A stretch of 64,000 nt of DNA from Mobula birostris (lineage: Eukaryota), in NCBI RefSeq assembly GCF_030028105.1, contig NC_092391.1, forward strand, positions 25,083,223-25,147,222, in the 5' to 3' direction. The notes beneath the pieces were generated by a model. It ran no database searches, had not been told where the DNA came from, and saw only the letters and a list, made by a program, of their open reading frames with translations. Below are positions 39,706-53,754 of the stretch, one piece after another. Position 1 is the stretch's first letter, and each line of letters starts with the position of its first letter. Made by a program: the position numbers and the translations under genes.

Positions 39706-40885
39706 GCAACACACAAAAAATGCTGGAGGACTCAGCAGGTCAGGCAGCATCTACAGAAATGAATAAATTGTCGACGTTTCAGGCCAAGACTCTTCTTCAG
39801 GACTGGAAAGGAAGTGGGAAGATGCCTATGGGGTAAAGGGAAGAGGGTTAGCTAGAAGGTGATAGGTGTAGTCGGGTGGGTAGGAAAGATAAGGGCTGGA
39901 AAGGAAGGAATCTGATATGAGAGAAGAGTGGACCACAGGAGAAAGGGACCCAGGGGAAGAGGCCAGATTGGGGAACAGAAGAAGAGGAGATGCTATCAGG
40001 CTGGAGACTATCCAGACAGAATACAATGTGTTGCTAGACCAGACAAAATACAAGGAGTTGATCCTCTACCCTGACAGTAGCCTCATTTTGGTACATAGGG
40101 AGGCAATGGACCAACATATCGGAAGGGGAAAGAGAATTGGAGTTAGGCCACCAGGACGTTCCACTTTTGGTGAATAAAGTGGATGTGCTTGACGTAGTGG
40201 TTCCCCAATTTACAATGGATCTCAGTAATGCAGAGGAAGCCTCATTTGGTGCACCAGACACAATAGATGACCCCAGCAAATTTGCAGGTGAACGATTGCC
40301 TCACTTGGAAGGACCATTGAGGCCCTTAATGGAGATGAGGGAGGAGGTGAATGGACAGGTACAGAACTTTGGCCACCTGCAGTGATGTGCTGGAGGGAGA
40401 TTAGTGGGGAGGGATGAATGGACAAGGGAATCATTAAAGGGAGTAATCCTTGTGAAAAGTGGAGGGGGAGGGAGGTTACGATATGTTTGGTGGTAGCATC
40501 CCTTTGGAGATGGCGGAAGTTGTGGAGCATGACGAGTTGGATGCAGAGGCTCAAGGGGTGGTAGGTAAGGACAAGAGGAACTCATCACCGTTAAGGCGAC
40601 TGGAAGATGAGGTGAGCACAGATGTTTGGGAAATAGAGGAGATATGGGTGAGGGCAGCAATGGTGGAGGAAGGGAAACCCTATTCTTTGAAGAAAGAGGA
40701 CATCTCTGATGTCCTGTAACGTAAAGTCACTTGCTGGGAACAGATGTGGCAGAGACGAAGAAACTGAGAAAAGGGAATAGCATTTTTATAAAAGACATGG
40801 GGTGTGAAGAGATATAGTCAAGGTAACCATAGAAATCAGTAGGTTTATAAAAGATGTCGGTCAACAGTTTGCCATATACATGAAG
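39706..40885 (-). mobile_element. Penelope-like retroelement 3' portion (end of RT, GIY-YIG, terminal repeat)
   Basis: DIFYKPTDFYGYLDYISSHP and EATVRVEDQLLVFCL remnants; terminal hammerhead motif. Confidence 0.8.
39770..39805 (-). ncRNA. Minimal hammerhead ribozyme motif, sense to the WDR34 pre-mRNA
   Basis: cagtc-CTGAAGA-agagtcttggcct-GAAAC-GTC-gac: core and GUC intact, stem II weakened. Confidence 0.6.
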
Positions 40886-41339
40886 TAAGAATAACAATGC
40901 TTGAAATATAAAAACAACCAGAAAATCAGATGAGTATTGCTTGTGCCAATAATAATCACATTTGGCACCTGTTGCTTTGTTCCCTTCATTTATGACCCAA
41001 AAGACAGACTTTTTGCCCATCAGATCTATGCAGACTCTCAGAGAATCTCATTTTTCCAATAATTTCCTTGCAAATCTATTCTTTTACACATACCCATTAA
41101 TATAACCAGTTCTCCAACCAGCCACCCACACAAGTACTTTACAACAGCCAATTAACCTATGAGCCCCACATATTTGAGATGTGTGAGGAAAGCAGAGCCC
41201 AGGGAGAAACCCACACAGACACCAGGGAGAATGTGCAAACTCTACATTAATAACACTGGAGTTAAGAGATAGCGGCACTACCTGCAACGGAACTCTACCT
41301 TTTCCTCTTTCCTTCTGCCACTGTGGGACAAGTGGAGTT

Positions 41340-41580
41340 ATCCTCTCTGGTTCAGGAGCCTGATGGTTGAGGGGTAATAACTGTCCCTGGACCTGGTGCT
41401 GAGAGTCCTGAGGCTCCCGTACCTTCTTCCTGATGGCAGCAGCGTGAAGAGAACATGGCATGGATGGTGGGGGTCCCTGATGATGGATAATGCTTTCCTG
41501 TGACAACACTTCAAGTAGATGCGCTCAATGGTGGGAAGAGCTTTATCTGTGATGGACTAGGCCATATCCACTACTTTTTG
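41340..41580 (-). mobile_element. Rex/Babar LINE 3' fragment
   Basis: Degenerate IIRDPHHP...LLPSGRRYGSLRT remnant. Confidence 0.65.
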
Positions 41581-44274
41581 GTCAGGTGCATTACAGGCAA
41601 TATATTGTCTCCTTCACTCTGTCAATGATTTCAGATGTCTTTTTTGATATCACAGAGAGAAATAAATGCGCTGAGGATTGGTTTCTGTGCTGGTGGGGTC
41701 CTCAACAGAAAACTACCATGGATTATCTATGCAACATGATGAAATATTTTCAACCTTGCCTTTTGCTCAAACAAAGCCCCACCATCAATAAGGTTCTTGA
41801 AGCCTTTTCTTCCTACTCATATTTAATTGCCCACACCTACTCATAACTAGATCCCATCCACCGGTTGCAAGATCACATAGTCCAGTGCAGTGCAACTCTT
41901 CAGTATACTTGAGCCTCATTAGATTGGCATTTCATCATCTGTAGGTATTCCTGCAGCTGCTCCTGTCATGCCCTTCTGCACTCCACATTGATCCATGGCT
42001 GGACAGTAATGATAAGAGATATGCCAGTCATGGGGGTTATACATTATAGTAATGAATATTCTTGATGCCACACCTCATGGAACTCCAGTTCAAGGTGCTA
42101 GATCTGTTTTCTATGCATCTTATTCAGCACAATGGTGTCTCTGTTGAGAAGTCATGAGACTTTGTCTTCACAGAGACTGTACCATGGTCACTTCTACTAA
42201 TGTTATCACGGACAGATGCACTGGCAATAAGAAGAATGGGGAGGATGCTGTAATATTTTTCACGCGTTCTGGCAACCATGTCTTTCAAAACTTGATTAGT
42301 GCTTCCAAGCTACTCTTGGTGATGAACACTGATGTCCCTAATCAAAGCACATCTACTGGAAATGGAGACGGACTTGTCAGCTGAGATTATATATAATAAT
42401 CAGAAGAAGGCTTGTACTTGATTTGGAGTCTGCAGGTCATCCTTGTTTTGTCTTAAATACCACAGTGCCAGCACCTAGGGATTATCATGGCACCCTGTCG
42501 GCAAGATATCATCTGCGTGATCCTATGAGCAACAACGTCAGCCTACTGCCTGACCAGTCCGATTAACAGCTTTCCCAATTTAGACATAACTTGCTAGATG
42601 TTTGAGAGCTTTGCAAAGCCAAGCAAGCTGGAAGCAACTTTGCTGTACCCAAATTTAATCCCTAGATCTATACCAGGTGGTTTATCTATAAAACTTTCCC
42701 CCTTTTCTGTAAATGAAGTGGTAATGCAAGAGACCTGTACTTGTCCATTTCAGAGTCATTCTTAATCATAGTTTGACCTCAGGCAGAAGTTAAACTACAT
42801 AGGGATGGCAGATTTCTTCTCCTACAGAAGATCAGTCAGATTTTTCAACAATTTGATGGTTTTCATGATCATTAAAAGATAAATTATTTTTCCAAAATCA
42901 GCATCATTTTGAAACACAAATTCTACAGAAGCCATTTTGAGATTTGAACAGTGTCCAGATTGTTAATTCAAACCTCTCAATCAGTAATCCAAGAATTCAA
43001 CCCCCAGATCACTGCATACCTTGTCAGAATTACTAAATTTAGACCAGAAAAAACATATCCACCTTCCACACCCTCCACCACCCAAAATTCTTTACAGCCA
43101 ATGAAATTTATCTTGTGTTATCAATACCAGAATGTAGAAAGTACTAAACCCAATGGTTATAAGATTACACATTAAATTTGATCAGATTATTTGCTTTAGC
43201 AAATGCCAATTCAAGAATAAATATTAATCACTACATCAAGTTGTTTTACATTAATCTGAGAAGGCAAAGAAGAAGTTGGTTTAATACTCCTTAAATTCAT
43301 ACCAGCCATTCAATAAGTACAAGGCAGAAATCTGTCAAATACAGGGACTTGCTGGAATATAACTGATTAAAGACATATGAAATACTTTCAAGATGTGTAT
43401 TTCTGTGATATTCAAGCAGTGATATATAAGAAAATACTTTCTAATCCACACATTATGCACATTCATATCAAGGACAAGAACACATTCACTGAATACGAAT
43501 ACGAGTGTCACTAGTATATTACACAACATTGAAATGACAACATGAATTTGATTATATTTCCCCATCTAAATGAAACTAATCAACAGACAGTGGAAAAAGT
43601 GCATTTCACACCAATAGCACTGGTACTAATGAATAATCATGATACCTTTCCCTCTCGGAAATTAATGCAAAGTAGGGTTATAGCTCCCGGAATTTAATGG
43701 ATAAGGGCTTTGATTAAAACTTTGCACGATATTACAGGGAAATTAACGAACTATTTCACTGGCTGGGTAACTTGTAGCAGCAAAGTCGGGATGTATTTCT
43801 GGAACCGAAAGAGAATAGAAAGTACGAAACAACGTTTGAATCCAAGCCATTACTAATTTCAAATCTAAAGCTCATTGAAATTTATGAAGTTCTATCACTA
43901 CATTAAATTTATGAAGGACTACGAAACAAAAGCCAGGTATATAGGTCAAAGATTATACAATCCATTAGCATTCTCGAGTTTGCAAGTCCCCCTCAAACGG
44001 AGGCTATATAACTTATTCAGGGTTTCATTAACATCGTTTCGCATTCTTGTTTTCATCTGTCTCGATCCAAGAAAATGCTTTGCTTGTTAAAGTTTGCAAC
44101 AGCTGTCATGCAAATAGAGTCCGTTTATTTAAGCGCATCGAGTGGTGTATGAGAATTGATATTTGTATGTATATGAAAGTGTATATCATACAAATGAATT
44201 CAAAATTACATGCTACAAGTTATATTGCAAGATAACACTATATCTGAGATATATTTAAATTCCCACCAACTCAC

Positions 44275-44610
44275 TGTCTGTGGTTGGTCTATCCAGTTAA
44301 CTTCAAACCCATCAAACGCGTGGCTTTGGACGTTCTTCTTTAATTCCCTGATCAATATCGGCTCCGCTTGCCGCAGAAAACGAACCAGACGCGGAAAATC
44401 AACCGATGGCTCGATGTCCTGATCCAGGACCGAGAGCTCTCGGCCGTCGTTCAGCTCTGTCTGCGTACTGATCTCCGCGCTACGTCGTATCTGCACTGAG
44501 GCTTCGGCACGCCGAACCTCCACTGTTTGACAAACTGCGTCACAGAGCTCAGGAGCTTTTCTCCAGCGCGACTCCACTGACACGGCCTCTTGTACCTCAT
44601 CGGTGAACAT
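44275..44610 (-). CDS. DYNC2I2: WDR34/DYNC2I2 (dynein-2 intermediate chain 2) coding exon 1
   Basis: ATG at 44610. MFTDE...[26 protein letters not shown] matches the WDR34 motif [19 protein letters not shown]; QT light-chain-binding motifs present; GTGAGT donor at 44274; 336 nt, phase 0. Confidence 0.93.
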
Positions 44611-45140
44611 GGTCCGTTAAGTTATAAAACCAAATAGAATCTAAATCGATTTTAGTTTATTTCTTAACCGAAATGTTCAGAGCTAAGGACTCATCCGCCT
44701 CCCACACACACACAAAAAAGAACCCTCTGTCACACAGAGCATGAGCTAATATTCGACGCGACCCAATCAGCGCGCCCTGTCGCCATGACGACCTGGTCCA
44801 ATTGGTGCCCAATGCCTCCTGACGTCACCGTGGCCCCTCGCGCCGCCACGGCCGCCGCCAAGACTGGCCAATGGAAGGCAACGCTGAAGGGTATGTAGGC
44901 GCAAGGGCGGCGCACTGCGCATGCGTGGTAGTTTGGAGCGCTTGTGGTGTGTACGCGCGCGTGCGTGTGGAGCTATTGGGCTCGAGCGTTTTTTTACTGT
45001 GGTAGAGGCGCGAGACCCACTGAGCCTTCGAGGGGGGAAAAGAGACCGAACCAAGGGAAGATTAAAAAAAAAGCGCGAGTCAGAGCTTTTCATCTTTTTT
45101 TTCCTCCTTTTTTTATTTCCCCCTCTTTCCTTCTTCCAAG
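44611..45140. promoter_or_regulatory. Shared bidirectional CpG-island promoter of WDR34 and SET
   Basis: Divergent ATGs 530 bp apart. CpG-rich about 44300-45820. CCAAT at 44763, 44798, 44809 and 44868; CRE TGACGTCA 44820-44827; NRF1-type TGCGCATGCG 44916-44925; X-box-like GTCGCCATGACGAC 44779-44792. Confidence 0.85.
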
Positions 45141-45213
45141 ATGTCGGTCCCAGCGACAAAGATGAGTAAAAAAGAGGTGAACTCGAACCATGATGGAGCA
45201 GACGAGACCTCAG
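45141..45213 (+). CDS. SET: SET coding exon 1 (beta-type N-terminus)
   Basis: MSVPATKMSKKEVNSNHDGADETS matches TAF-I-beta MSAPAAKVSKKELNSNHDGADETS; GTAATT donor; phase 1. Confidence 0.95.
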
Positions 45214-45528
45214 GTAATTTCGAGACACAGGATTTTTTTTTGCTAAATGTATGTATTGTGTATAAAGCTGTGTAAGTTGTGTTTGGAACCTTCTGTGAGT
45301 TGAGTGAAGGCCTGTTTGAGTATGTATAATATTAATGTGTGTGTGTGTATATATGCGCGGAATGGCGGTCCCACGCTCCCCCTCTCGGTCAGGCTGGAGA
45401 GGAGCTGAAAGACAGCGCGGGAGGGTAACTCATTCACTCCGGCGCCATGTTTATGAACTCGCGTACAGAGGGAGAGAAAAAAAGACAGAATCTCTCCTCC
45501 TCCTCCCTCATTGTGTAAGGCGGCCGCC

Positions 45529-45580
45529 ATGATACCAGGAAAGAGAAACGGAGCCGCCGCGGCCTGCTCATCAGCCGGAG
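45529..45580 (+). CDS. SET: Candidate alternative first coding exon of SET
   Basis: GCCGCCATG context, MIPGKRNGAAAACSSAG, GAG|GTGAGT donor in phase 1, compatible with exon 2. Confidence 0.55.
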
Positions 45581-46810
45581 GTGAGTTGCTCCATTTCTCC
45601 ACACACGCACTCCCGCCTCCACGCGAATGCAAGAGCGGCAAGGGCAATGTGCTGCGAGCGATGTTCCGACTGTTGCCTCCCGCTAGTATCTGCATTACTT
45701 GGGGTGGGTTGGAGACTGGCGACTGGGGAACAGAGGCCTAACCACGCGGCCTGGTGTTAAAGGGATTAGCTTTTTCTTGCTCGTTGGGAGTAAGGTGATT
45801 TGAACCGCGAGCGCCGGAAATGGAAAGCCACAATACTACTCAAACCATAACTCCACACATGGGGTATTTGTAGAGATTAATTTTATTGAGCTCCGCTTTG
45901 GTTTTAAGACTTGCATATTTTCCTTTTAAAATTGGTGGTTTGTGTGCTTCTGAGACGTATTCTCGGAAATAAAATCCGCCTAAAAGTCAAATTTATTTCC
46001 AGAGTTTTATTTCAACCATTATGAAACGGGGGAATTGAATACATAAATCAAAATCGTAAAAATCGTGTGATAGCACAAATGAACCTATCGTAAATAATAT
46101 GCATGTTTCGGCAGTTTTTCGTTACAATTGATTTATTTTGTTCTGTAGAGCCATCGAAGTAGTGACTTCCTTTGGGTAGGAACCACGCGGCCTGTAATTT
46201 AGCAGGGGTTCATTCAACACAAAGGGAAGCGGCACTGAAACGTGGGTCGTTGGCGAATTGTTGACGTTTCTTGGTTTAGATTCGTTATAGCTGAGGTCCG
46301 ATTAGGATGGAGGAGGAGTTTTGGAGCAATGTGAATCGGGCATCTATTTGTGAATGCCATGTTCTATCGCTAATTTTTCCGGTTCTAGTTGAGAAGTGTG
46401 ATAAATAGAGAGAGCTCGTTGAGTATATTCCTTGAGGGTAATCTAGAGCCATTTAACTAAATTTACTTCTGGTTTTCTATTAAATTCTGGAATGTTTTCT
46501 ACGAAGTTCATTAAGTGAGTGTTTGTTCCTTTGAAGCTTGCCCATTGCTTTCTAAGATTTAATGTAATTCTTTTTAAACATAAGTTCATGACCTTTGATG
46601 CATAATGAAGTTTACTGCTTTCAGCACAAGATTGAGTGTGGCATTGACTTGTATTTGAAAGGCAGCATGCTTTAAGATGACGCTTTTCAGAGAAGTTTTT
46701 CATGTAGCTGCATCATTTAGAATTATTAAGCGATTAAGATTTTTAAAATACTTGCTAATGTTGTGATTTTTTTATTTAAATAATTTTAAAACATGAAACT
46801 TTGCTTGTAG

Positions 46811-46868
46811 AAAAAGAGCAACAGGAAGCCATTGAACACATTGATGAAGTACAAAATGAAATAGACAG
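46811..46868 (+). CDS. SET: SET coding exon 2
   Basis: (E)KEQQEAIEHIDEVQNEID(R); TAG acceptor, GTAAGG donor. Confidence 0.96.
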
Positions 46869-47971
46869 GTAAGGTTAAATAATTTCTGTAACTTTGCATT
46901 TTAGCTCCATGGAGCAAATGTCTGGTTTAGCATCAGACAGCATCATTGTTTGAAAATATTTCCTCTGCTTAATTTGATTCTGATGATGAGACTTTGTAAA
47001 ATTGCTTTCAAGTCTATCAAATTAATAGAAAATCTCTTATTTAATTTTTTGCTGATTTTTAAAGAATTGCTGTACATATTGATAATAAATTGCTGCTATT
47101 GTAGATGTACTTATTAAAGTTATTTTTAGTTTTATAAAGGATATTCTGAGTTTTTCAATGCTGACACTATTTGCAGGTGGTCAGCTTCACATTTGGATTC
47201 CCTCTGAATAGTTAATTTCTGATCCAAATCCAAAATTGTGCCTTGATCTTTTAGTTTATTGGGAGATATTCGCTTGGCTTGTTTAAAAACTGATGTTGCC
47301 CTTTTTATAAAAATTGCCCTCTTTAAATTTATTGAAGTTGCCCATTACAGCTAACTCGCTGTAGTCCCCTACTTGCCCTGATTGAATTTTGTTTGTACTT
47401 CTAAAGTTTGTGCAGACCTGCGCTGTAGTTGTGAATTAATTATTACTCTGTGGCTGCAGCTAAACATAACACCCCATCATTTTGTAACCAAATACTTCTA
47501 GAGTTTGCTTGGCATTTTAGTTGAGATTTTTTAATGCATCTCTCAATTTGCTGAATTGGAAAATTGGTACATTACTATTTAAAATGAGCAAAAATCCAAT
47601 ATGAAGAAACTTGGGTTATATGGCTATATTCAATTTAAGTAGGCAATCAGGTTTGTGGATTATTAGTTAGCACTCATTTGAAAGGTTACAAGGGGGGAGT
47701 GGTGAAATAGTAGTGGTGTAAGTGAGAGGAGAGTTATAGAGCTTGTATTTCAGTGGATAATTTGCTGTCTTGGAAGAGGTCAGTATAATTTATGTTGACT
47801 TATGATTTTGGCAACTAATTGTTCATCTGGCTTCACTTTTTTTTTGGAGAGACCTTTAGCAATGCATGCTGGATTGTGAACAGAAGTGTGGTAAATTGTA
47901 TATCTTGAACTCTTTGTCTTTTTTACTTTTTGCCTCAAATGTAATATTCAATAGGCTACTAATAATTGTGA

Positions 47972-48148
<177 letters not shown>

Positions 48149-49570
48149 TAAAATGAAGTGAATTTTGGTGGTCAAACTCTGGAAGGTCATTAAATAGGAC
48201 ATTTATTTGAAGATGGGTTGTCTTGTGAAAATGAAATTTTCATGTTTTGCTGAAAGTACTATGTTCAACTGAGCAGTATAGTCTTTGTAACTGTCTAATT
48301 AGTGTAATACTTTAAGGCTACGATATGTTGATAAACTGAACTTTATAGCTTTTGTAATTATTATTACTTGCCAAGAGGTGGCTCTCCTTAATGGTGACCC
48401 CTGGAGGGAGCCATTGTTTATTGCACATTGTAATTAAAATGGTGTGGCTTACTGCACTTACAATTTGAAGCACTGAGTATTTGGTATTTGTGTGGGGCTA
48501 GAGCTTCAGTGGATTATGCTGCTTCTGTGGTCAAAAATTGTTTCCCAAGCTAGGTTGTAGCTTTTTTGTGGCCTTTGGCATAGAATCATATAATAAATGA
48601 TTATAACTTGATGCCAACTCTTTCCAAGTTTGTTATGTATTGTTTTTACAACTGGGTTAAATGTGGTAGTAATTACAAAGACAAGTTAAGTTCATTTCTG
48701 CTTTAAATCTAAACTTAATTCCAGTTTTAACATTTGGGAAGATTTAGAGTAGATCTATCCATCACCTATTCAATTTTTACCCACCTAAATATTCCTGTGG
48801 TGGGTATCTGTATAAAATTGATTGTTTTCTCATTATTGATAATGCCTGGTGCAATCCCATAAAGTAAACACCTTGCTTCATGGACAGGATTCTGTGAAAA
48901 TTTTTATAATTCTGCGGTAAAATTTGGTGGCAGCTTGAGTCTATATGTAAATTGGGGTGTATAGCAAAGTGGGGGGTTTCCACAGCTGAAATTTTTATCT
49001 TCTGTCTTGCTCCATTGCATCCCTGAAGGGGAGGATCTCTGGGAATCATATTTCCTTTCTAATTCACAAAGACTTTTTGTTGGGGGGGGGGAGCTAAAAT
49101 TGATGCCCAATTCAGCTTTTTTTGGCAAAGTGGGTAGTTTAATTTTGTTTTTAATGTAACACGTTATTGCTCTAGATTGTTAATATGTAATTATTTGTAA
49201 TACAGTTACTGCTTATCCAACAGTGTTTGAAATTGTATGAATAAATGTATTTGCCTTTCACCAATGTCCATTTGTACTGTGGGAAATTCCTGTAGTTGAG
49301 TAGAATAAGGATCTGTGACAACCAAGAGATGTATTTGAAAAATGTTGATTGTGGACCTCTGACTTGCTGACTTAATTATTAGAGGAATTTTGACATGTAC
49401 AAATTATTTTGTCCATGGATGCATGTTAATGTGTTTCCTTTTTTATTTTGTGCTCTGAATTCAGCATCTTACGTATACTGCTATTTTCTCATAAGTGAGC
49501 CACTTAGTGTTTTGACACTTCACATTGAACTGAAATCCTTTGATGGTGTTTTTTATACCTTTATTACTAA

Positions 49571-49768
<198 letters not shown>

Positions 49769-50480
49769 TAATCATAACGTACATAAATCTTTATTATAAT
49801 GTGTGGAAACAGCATATGGTTTAAACACGCAATCTATGTGGATGTTGTGTTTTTACCTACCAATTGTAATTGTTATGCTCTGTTTTATAGTAAGATGCTG
49901 TACTTAATGCATTTAACCTTATTTCTCTAGCGGCCAATGAATATTTCTTAAACTTGTAAATAGAATGGAGTTATAAATCCATATTTGATTTATAGTTAGG
50001 AATAAATTAATACCTAGAGCTTGGATGATACAAAGAGATCCCAGAGATATGGATATCCTGTTTAATACTACACTGGTACCTCACATTCATTGCTGGCCAG
50101 TCTGTTTTGTCTGATTGCTCTGAATCACAAACTCTAAAGGGTGGTATTTGGGGTGGGGGGGGGGTGATGGTACACATTCACTGTTGTGATGGACAAGTTC
50201 AGCTTAATTATGTGCTCTGAAAAGTTGGGTAATTGACCTAAGTGAGGTAGTGGTTATTTAGCCTGTTGTAAGTTCAAAACTGGAAGAAGATTTAAATTGC
50301 TATGTATAATTATGATTTCTGTGCAAGTTCAAGCAGATTTGATTTTTCTGTGTTGATGTGACATTTTCCCAGTAAAACCAATTTGCATTTGCAGCTAACA
50401 TTTTGTGAAATTGCAGTTTCAATAAAGCTGATGCAAATATTTAGAATTTTTTGTGTAGCTTTTCCTTAAAGTAATCTTGA

Positions 50481-50747
<267 letters not shown>

Positions 50748-51730
50748 TAAAGTCTAACAGCATACAGTGCCAAAAAAGGTGGGAAAACTTGCAAAAAGGG
50801 AAACAGTGCTCCTGTATTATCATGGATGCTTTAGTAATTTAATAGATCAATATTTTCATATTATTGGCTTTGAAAGTATCCAGATTTGTATTAATTGCAA
50901 GATGATGTCAAAGTCCTTTTTTTTTAAAAGCGGCGGGGGGGGGGCGCGGTGTGGAACACTTGTTCCATTTACCATCTACAACTAAAGGGAAAGACTGTTA
51001 GGATGAGGACAATTGACTATTTAATAAACTTATGAAAGATAAAGTATTATGGAGCCAAAGTGTAAAATTTTCAGGAATTGGCCACCGTCTAAGGCAAATA
51101 TCAGGCTTAAAAAATGTTTCCCATTTCTATACTACCCGAGACTACAGGAGATGTGACTTGTCATTTTCACGGTTTAAGGTCCAGTCCAATAAATTTTAAT
51201 TTATTGAGATACAGCATAGAATTGGCTCTTTTGGCCTTTGGATTCCTACTGTTAGCAGCTTAAAATTAGATCAGTAATTGCTTCATTCTATAATTTTAAT
51301 GTTGCTAAGATGTATCTAGGTAGAGTGCTTATAAGATTTTTTTTCTGTTTTTCCCTGTTTACTAAGCAGTTATTTTTAAATCTTTAGCATTGTTGCTAGA
51401 GAGGTACAAAATTGTCTTCAAGATTGTTAAATTTAGCTTTGACTTTTTATTCTCTTCTATAGTATTGATTTTAAATATATGGCAGCAGTTTTTCTTTCCC
51501 CTTCCAGATAATAGATCATGACAAAAGCTTAAGAGCAGATCTTGTAATATGATATAGTGGTATTATTCATGTTGAAACCCTTTGGTTTTCTCTACATCTT
51601 TGTCATTGTGCTGAATTAAACTTATCCTTAATTTTTCACTTGAGAATAATGAGATAACTGAGCTCCTTCGTATCGCCAGTGTTGTATTTTAAATTCCCTT
51701 GCTGACCTTAATGCAATGGGTTGTCTATAA

Positions 51731-51958
<228 letters not shown>

Positions 51959-52539
51959 TGATTGCTGCTCTTAATCGTTTAAGAAGTCTAGCTTTATCAG
52001 CAGTTGTAGGAAATTCAGTTCTAGTTTTTGATCAAAAGTGGCCCAAAATGGTCTGGTTTTGACTGGATTGATTTTAAATTTACTTTCTATCTAGGAACAT
52101 GGGATGGTATTATGTTAATTTTTCTGAAGCTAATTTAGTTTCATTCACTGGATGTAGTCAATTGTAATTCTGGCATTTGCTGTATTATCTAAATGCGCTG
52201 AAAGCTGTTTGAGTTAGTTGAGGATCTAGGTTTTCAACTAGGCCAGACTAAGAATATCCTGGATAGAGCTGTTTGGGTTGTTTTACTGAATTGTTGCCAT
52301 AGTTGATGTTAGTTTCATATTCTAGATAAAACTTAAATTCTCCAGTTTCCTTTGTGATTGAATTTACTGATTAAATGCCATCCCATGTCAGTAGTAAGCT
52401 GGTATTTGAATATTCATTGTTTATCAGTATATACACTTATTGAAATCTAAGTTTGCTGCAACAGCTTTGCTTTATTTCACTTTGTAGCTTCATGTCATCC
52501 AGTGTTGCCCCATTATTGACAATGATGATGTGTTCCCAG

Positions 52540-52686
52540 GTTCCAGATATGGAAGATGAAGAAGGGGACGGTGAAGAAGAAGATGAAGATGAGGAAGAAG
52601 AGGAGGGTTTGGAGGACATTGATGAAGAGGGTGATGAAGATGAAGAAGAAGATGAGGAGGAAGAGGAAGAAGGGGAAGAAGCAGAG
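52540..52686 (+). CDS. SET: SET coding exon 7 (acidic tail)
   Basis: [34 protein letters not shown]...EAE; CAG acceptor, GTTAGA donor. Confidence 0.94.
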
Positions 52687-52970
52687 GTTAGAGCAGTTGC
52701 TTCTGTTTGAAATGTACAGTCTATAATTTTTATACGGCAGGCTAGTTTGGGTAATGAATACAAAATCCAGATTTTGAGTGTCATTTAACCATTATATGAT
52801 TACTTGCTAACGTATCTTGTAGGAACTTTAAGTAGGTTATGGTCAATTTTCTAAATAAAAGTATTAAATATCTACTGATTGTTGCATGATTCCTGTGGTT
52901 TTCAATTATCAATTGTTCTTGGAAAATAATTTTAGACATTGTCACTGACCTTTGTCCCTTTTCTTTTTAG

Positions 52971-52994
52971 GAGGAGGAAGGAGAAGATGACTGA
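52971..52994 (+). CDS. SET: SET coding exon 8 (last)
   Basis: EEEGEDD-TGA after a polypyrimidine tract and TAG. Total CDS 834 nt, 277 aa. Confidence 0.93.
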   Translation, partial: EEEGEDD

Positions 52995-53748
52995 TTTGTT
53001 TGCTGTTGACATTCACCACCTCCCCCTACTTTTTTTTTTCTTTAGTCCCTGGGAGCAAGTTGCTGTCTTTTTGTGCTCAGTTTCCTTGTTCTCCTGAGGT
53101 CCTTAAACCATATACACAATTGGGATGAGTTACATGCGCAAACAACAGTGGCAATCTCTTTCTGCCATTTTCCATGAACTGATGAATTGTCCTCTAACCA
53201 GATGATCAGCACACAGACCTCCATAGTAATGTGCTTTGTATTTTTTTTACTTTTTATTTTAACCCCACCACTGACAAATTCCCTCTGTTGGAAGCCCAGA
53301 ACTTCTCTCTACCTTTTGTGCTGTGACCATAGATAATTTTGAATAGGCTTTTTTCTTACCAGTTCTGGCCCAGAGATTACACTGTGTTTCCATGTGATGT
53401 GGACAAATGGCAGTTACCATCGTCCTTGTTTCCTTCTCTCTTGTAACAAATTGGGGTGTGATTGAAGCGCCTGGGGTAGATGCAGATGGTTGGGTTCTAA
53501 AGGGTGGGTTTGTTGGGTATTTTGAGGACATGGCTGTACTTAGCACGTTGATGCATTGTATATTTTTACAACATCCCGTGCAACCAAAGCCAACACTTTT
53601 AAATATTAATCGATTTGAGCCCCACAGCAGATGGTGACAACCTGTAGAATCTTATTGGAATCTACATTCTCTAATGTAATTTTTTGTTTCACTGGAAAGG
53701 AAAATTGCTCAGTTTTAAACGTTAAAAGTGTACAAGTTGCTTTGTTAC

Positions 53749-53754
53749 AATAAA
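53749..53754 (+). terminator. SET proximal polyadenylation signal
   Basis: AATAAA with upstream TGTA and a downstream GT-rich tract (tgtgtgtggtg). Confidence 0.7.

Noticed and set aside
44730-45741. Several 60-150 aa ORFs in the promoter region
   Set aside because: Expected by chance in GC-rich CpG-island DNA; no recognisable domains, apart from the short alternative SET exon reported separately.
46981-47055. Possible C/D box snoRNA in SET intron 2 (TGATGA...CTGA)
   Set aside because: No convincing terminal stem or rRNA antisense element, in AT-rich sequence where such boxes arise by chance.
52437-52784. Poly-serine ORF on the minus strand
   Set aside because: Antisense shadow of the SET acidic exon.
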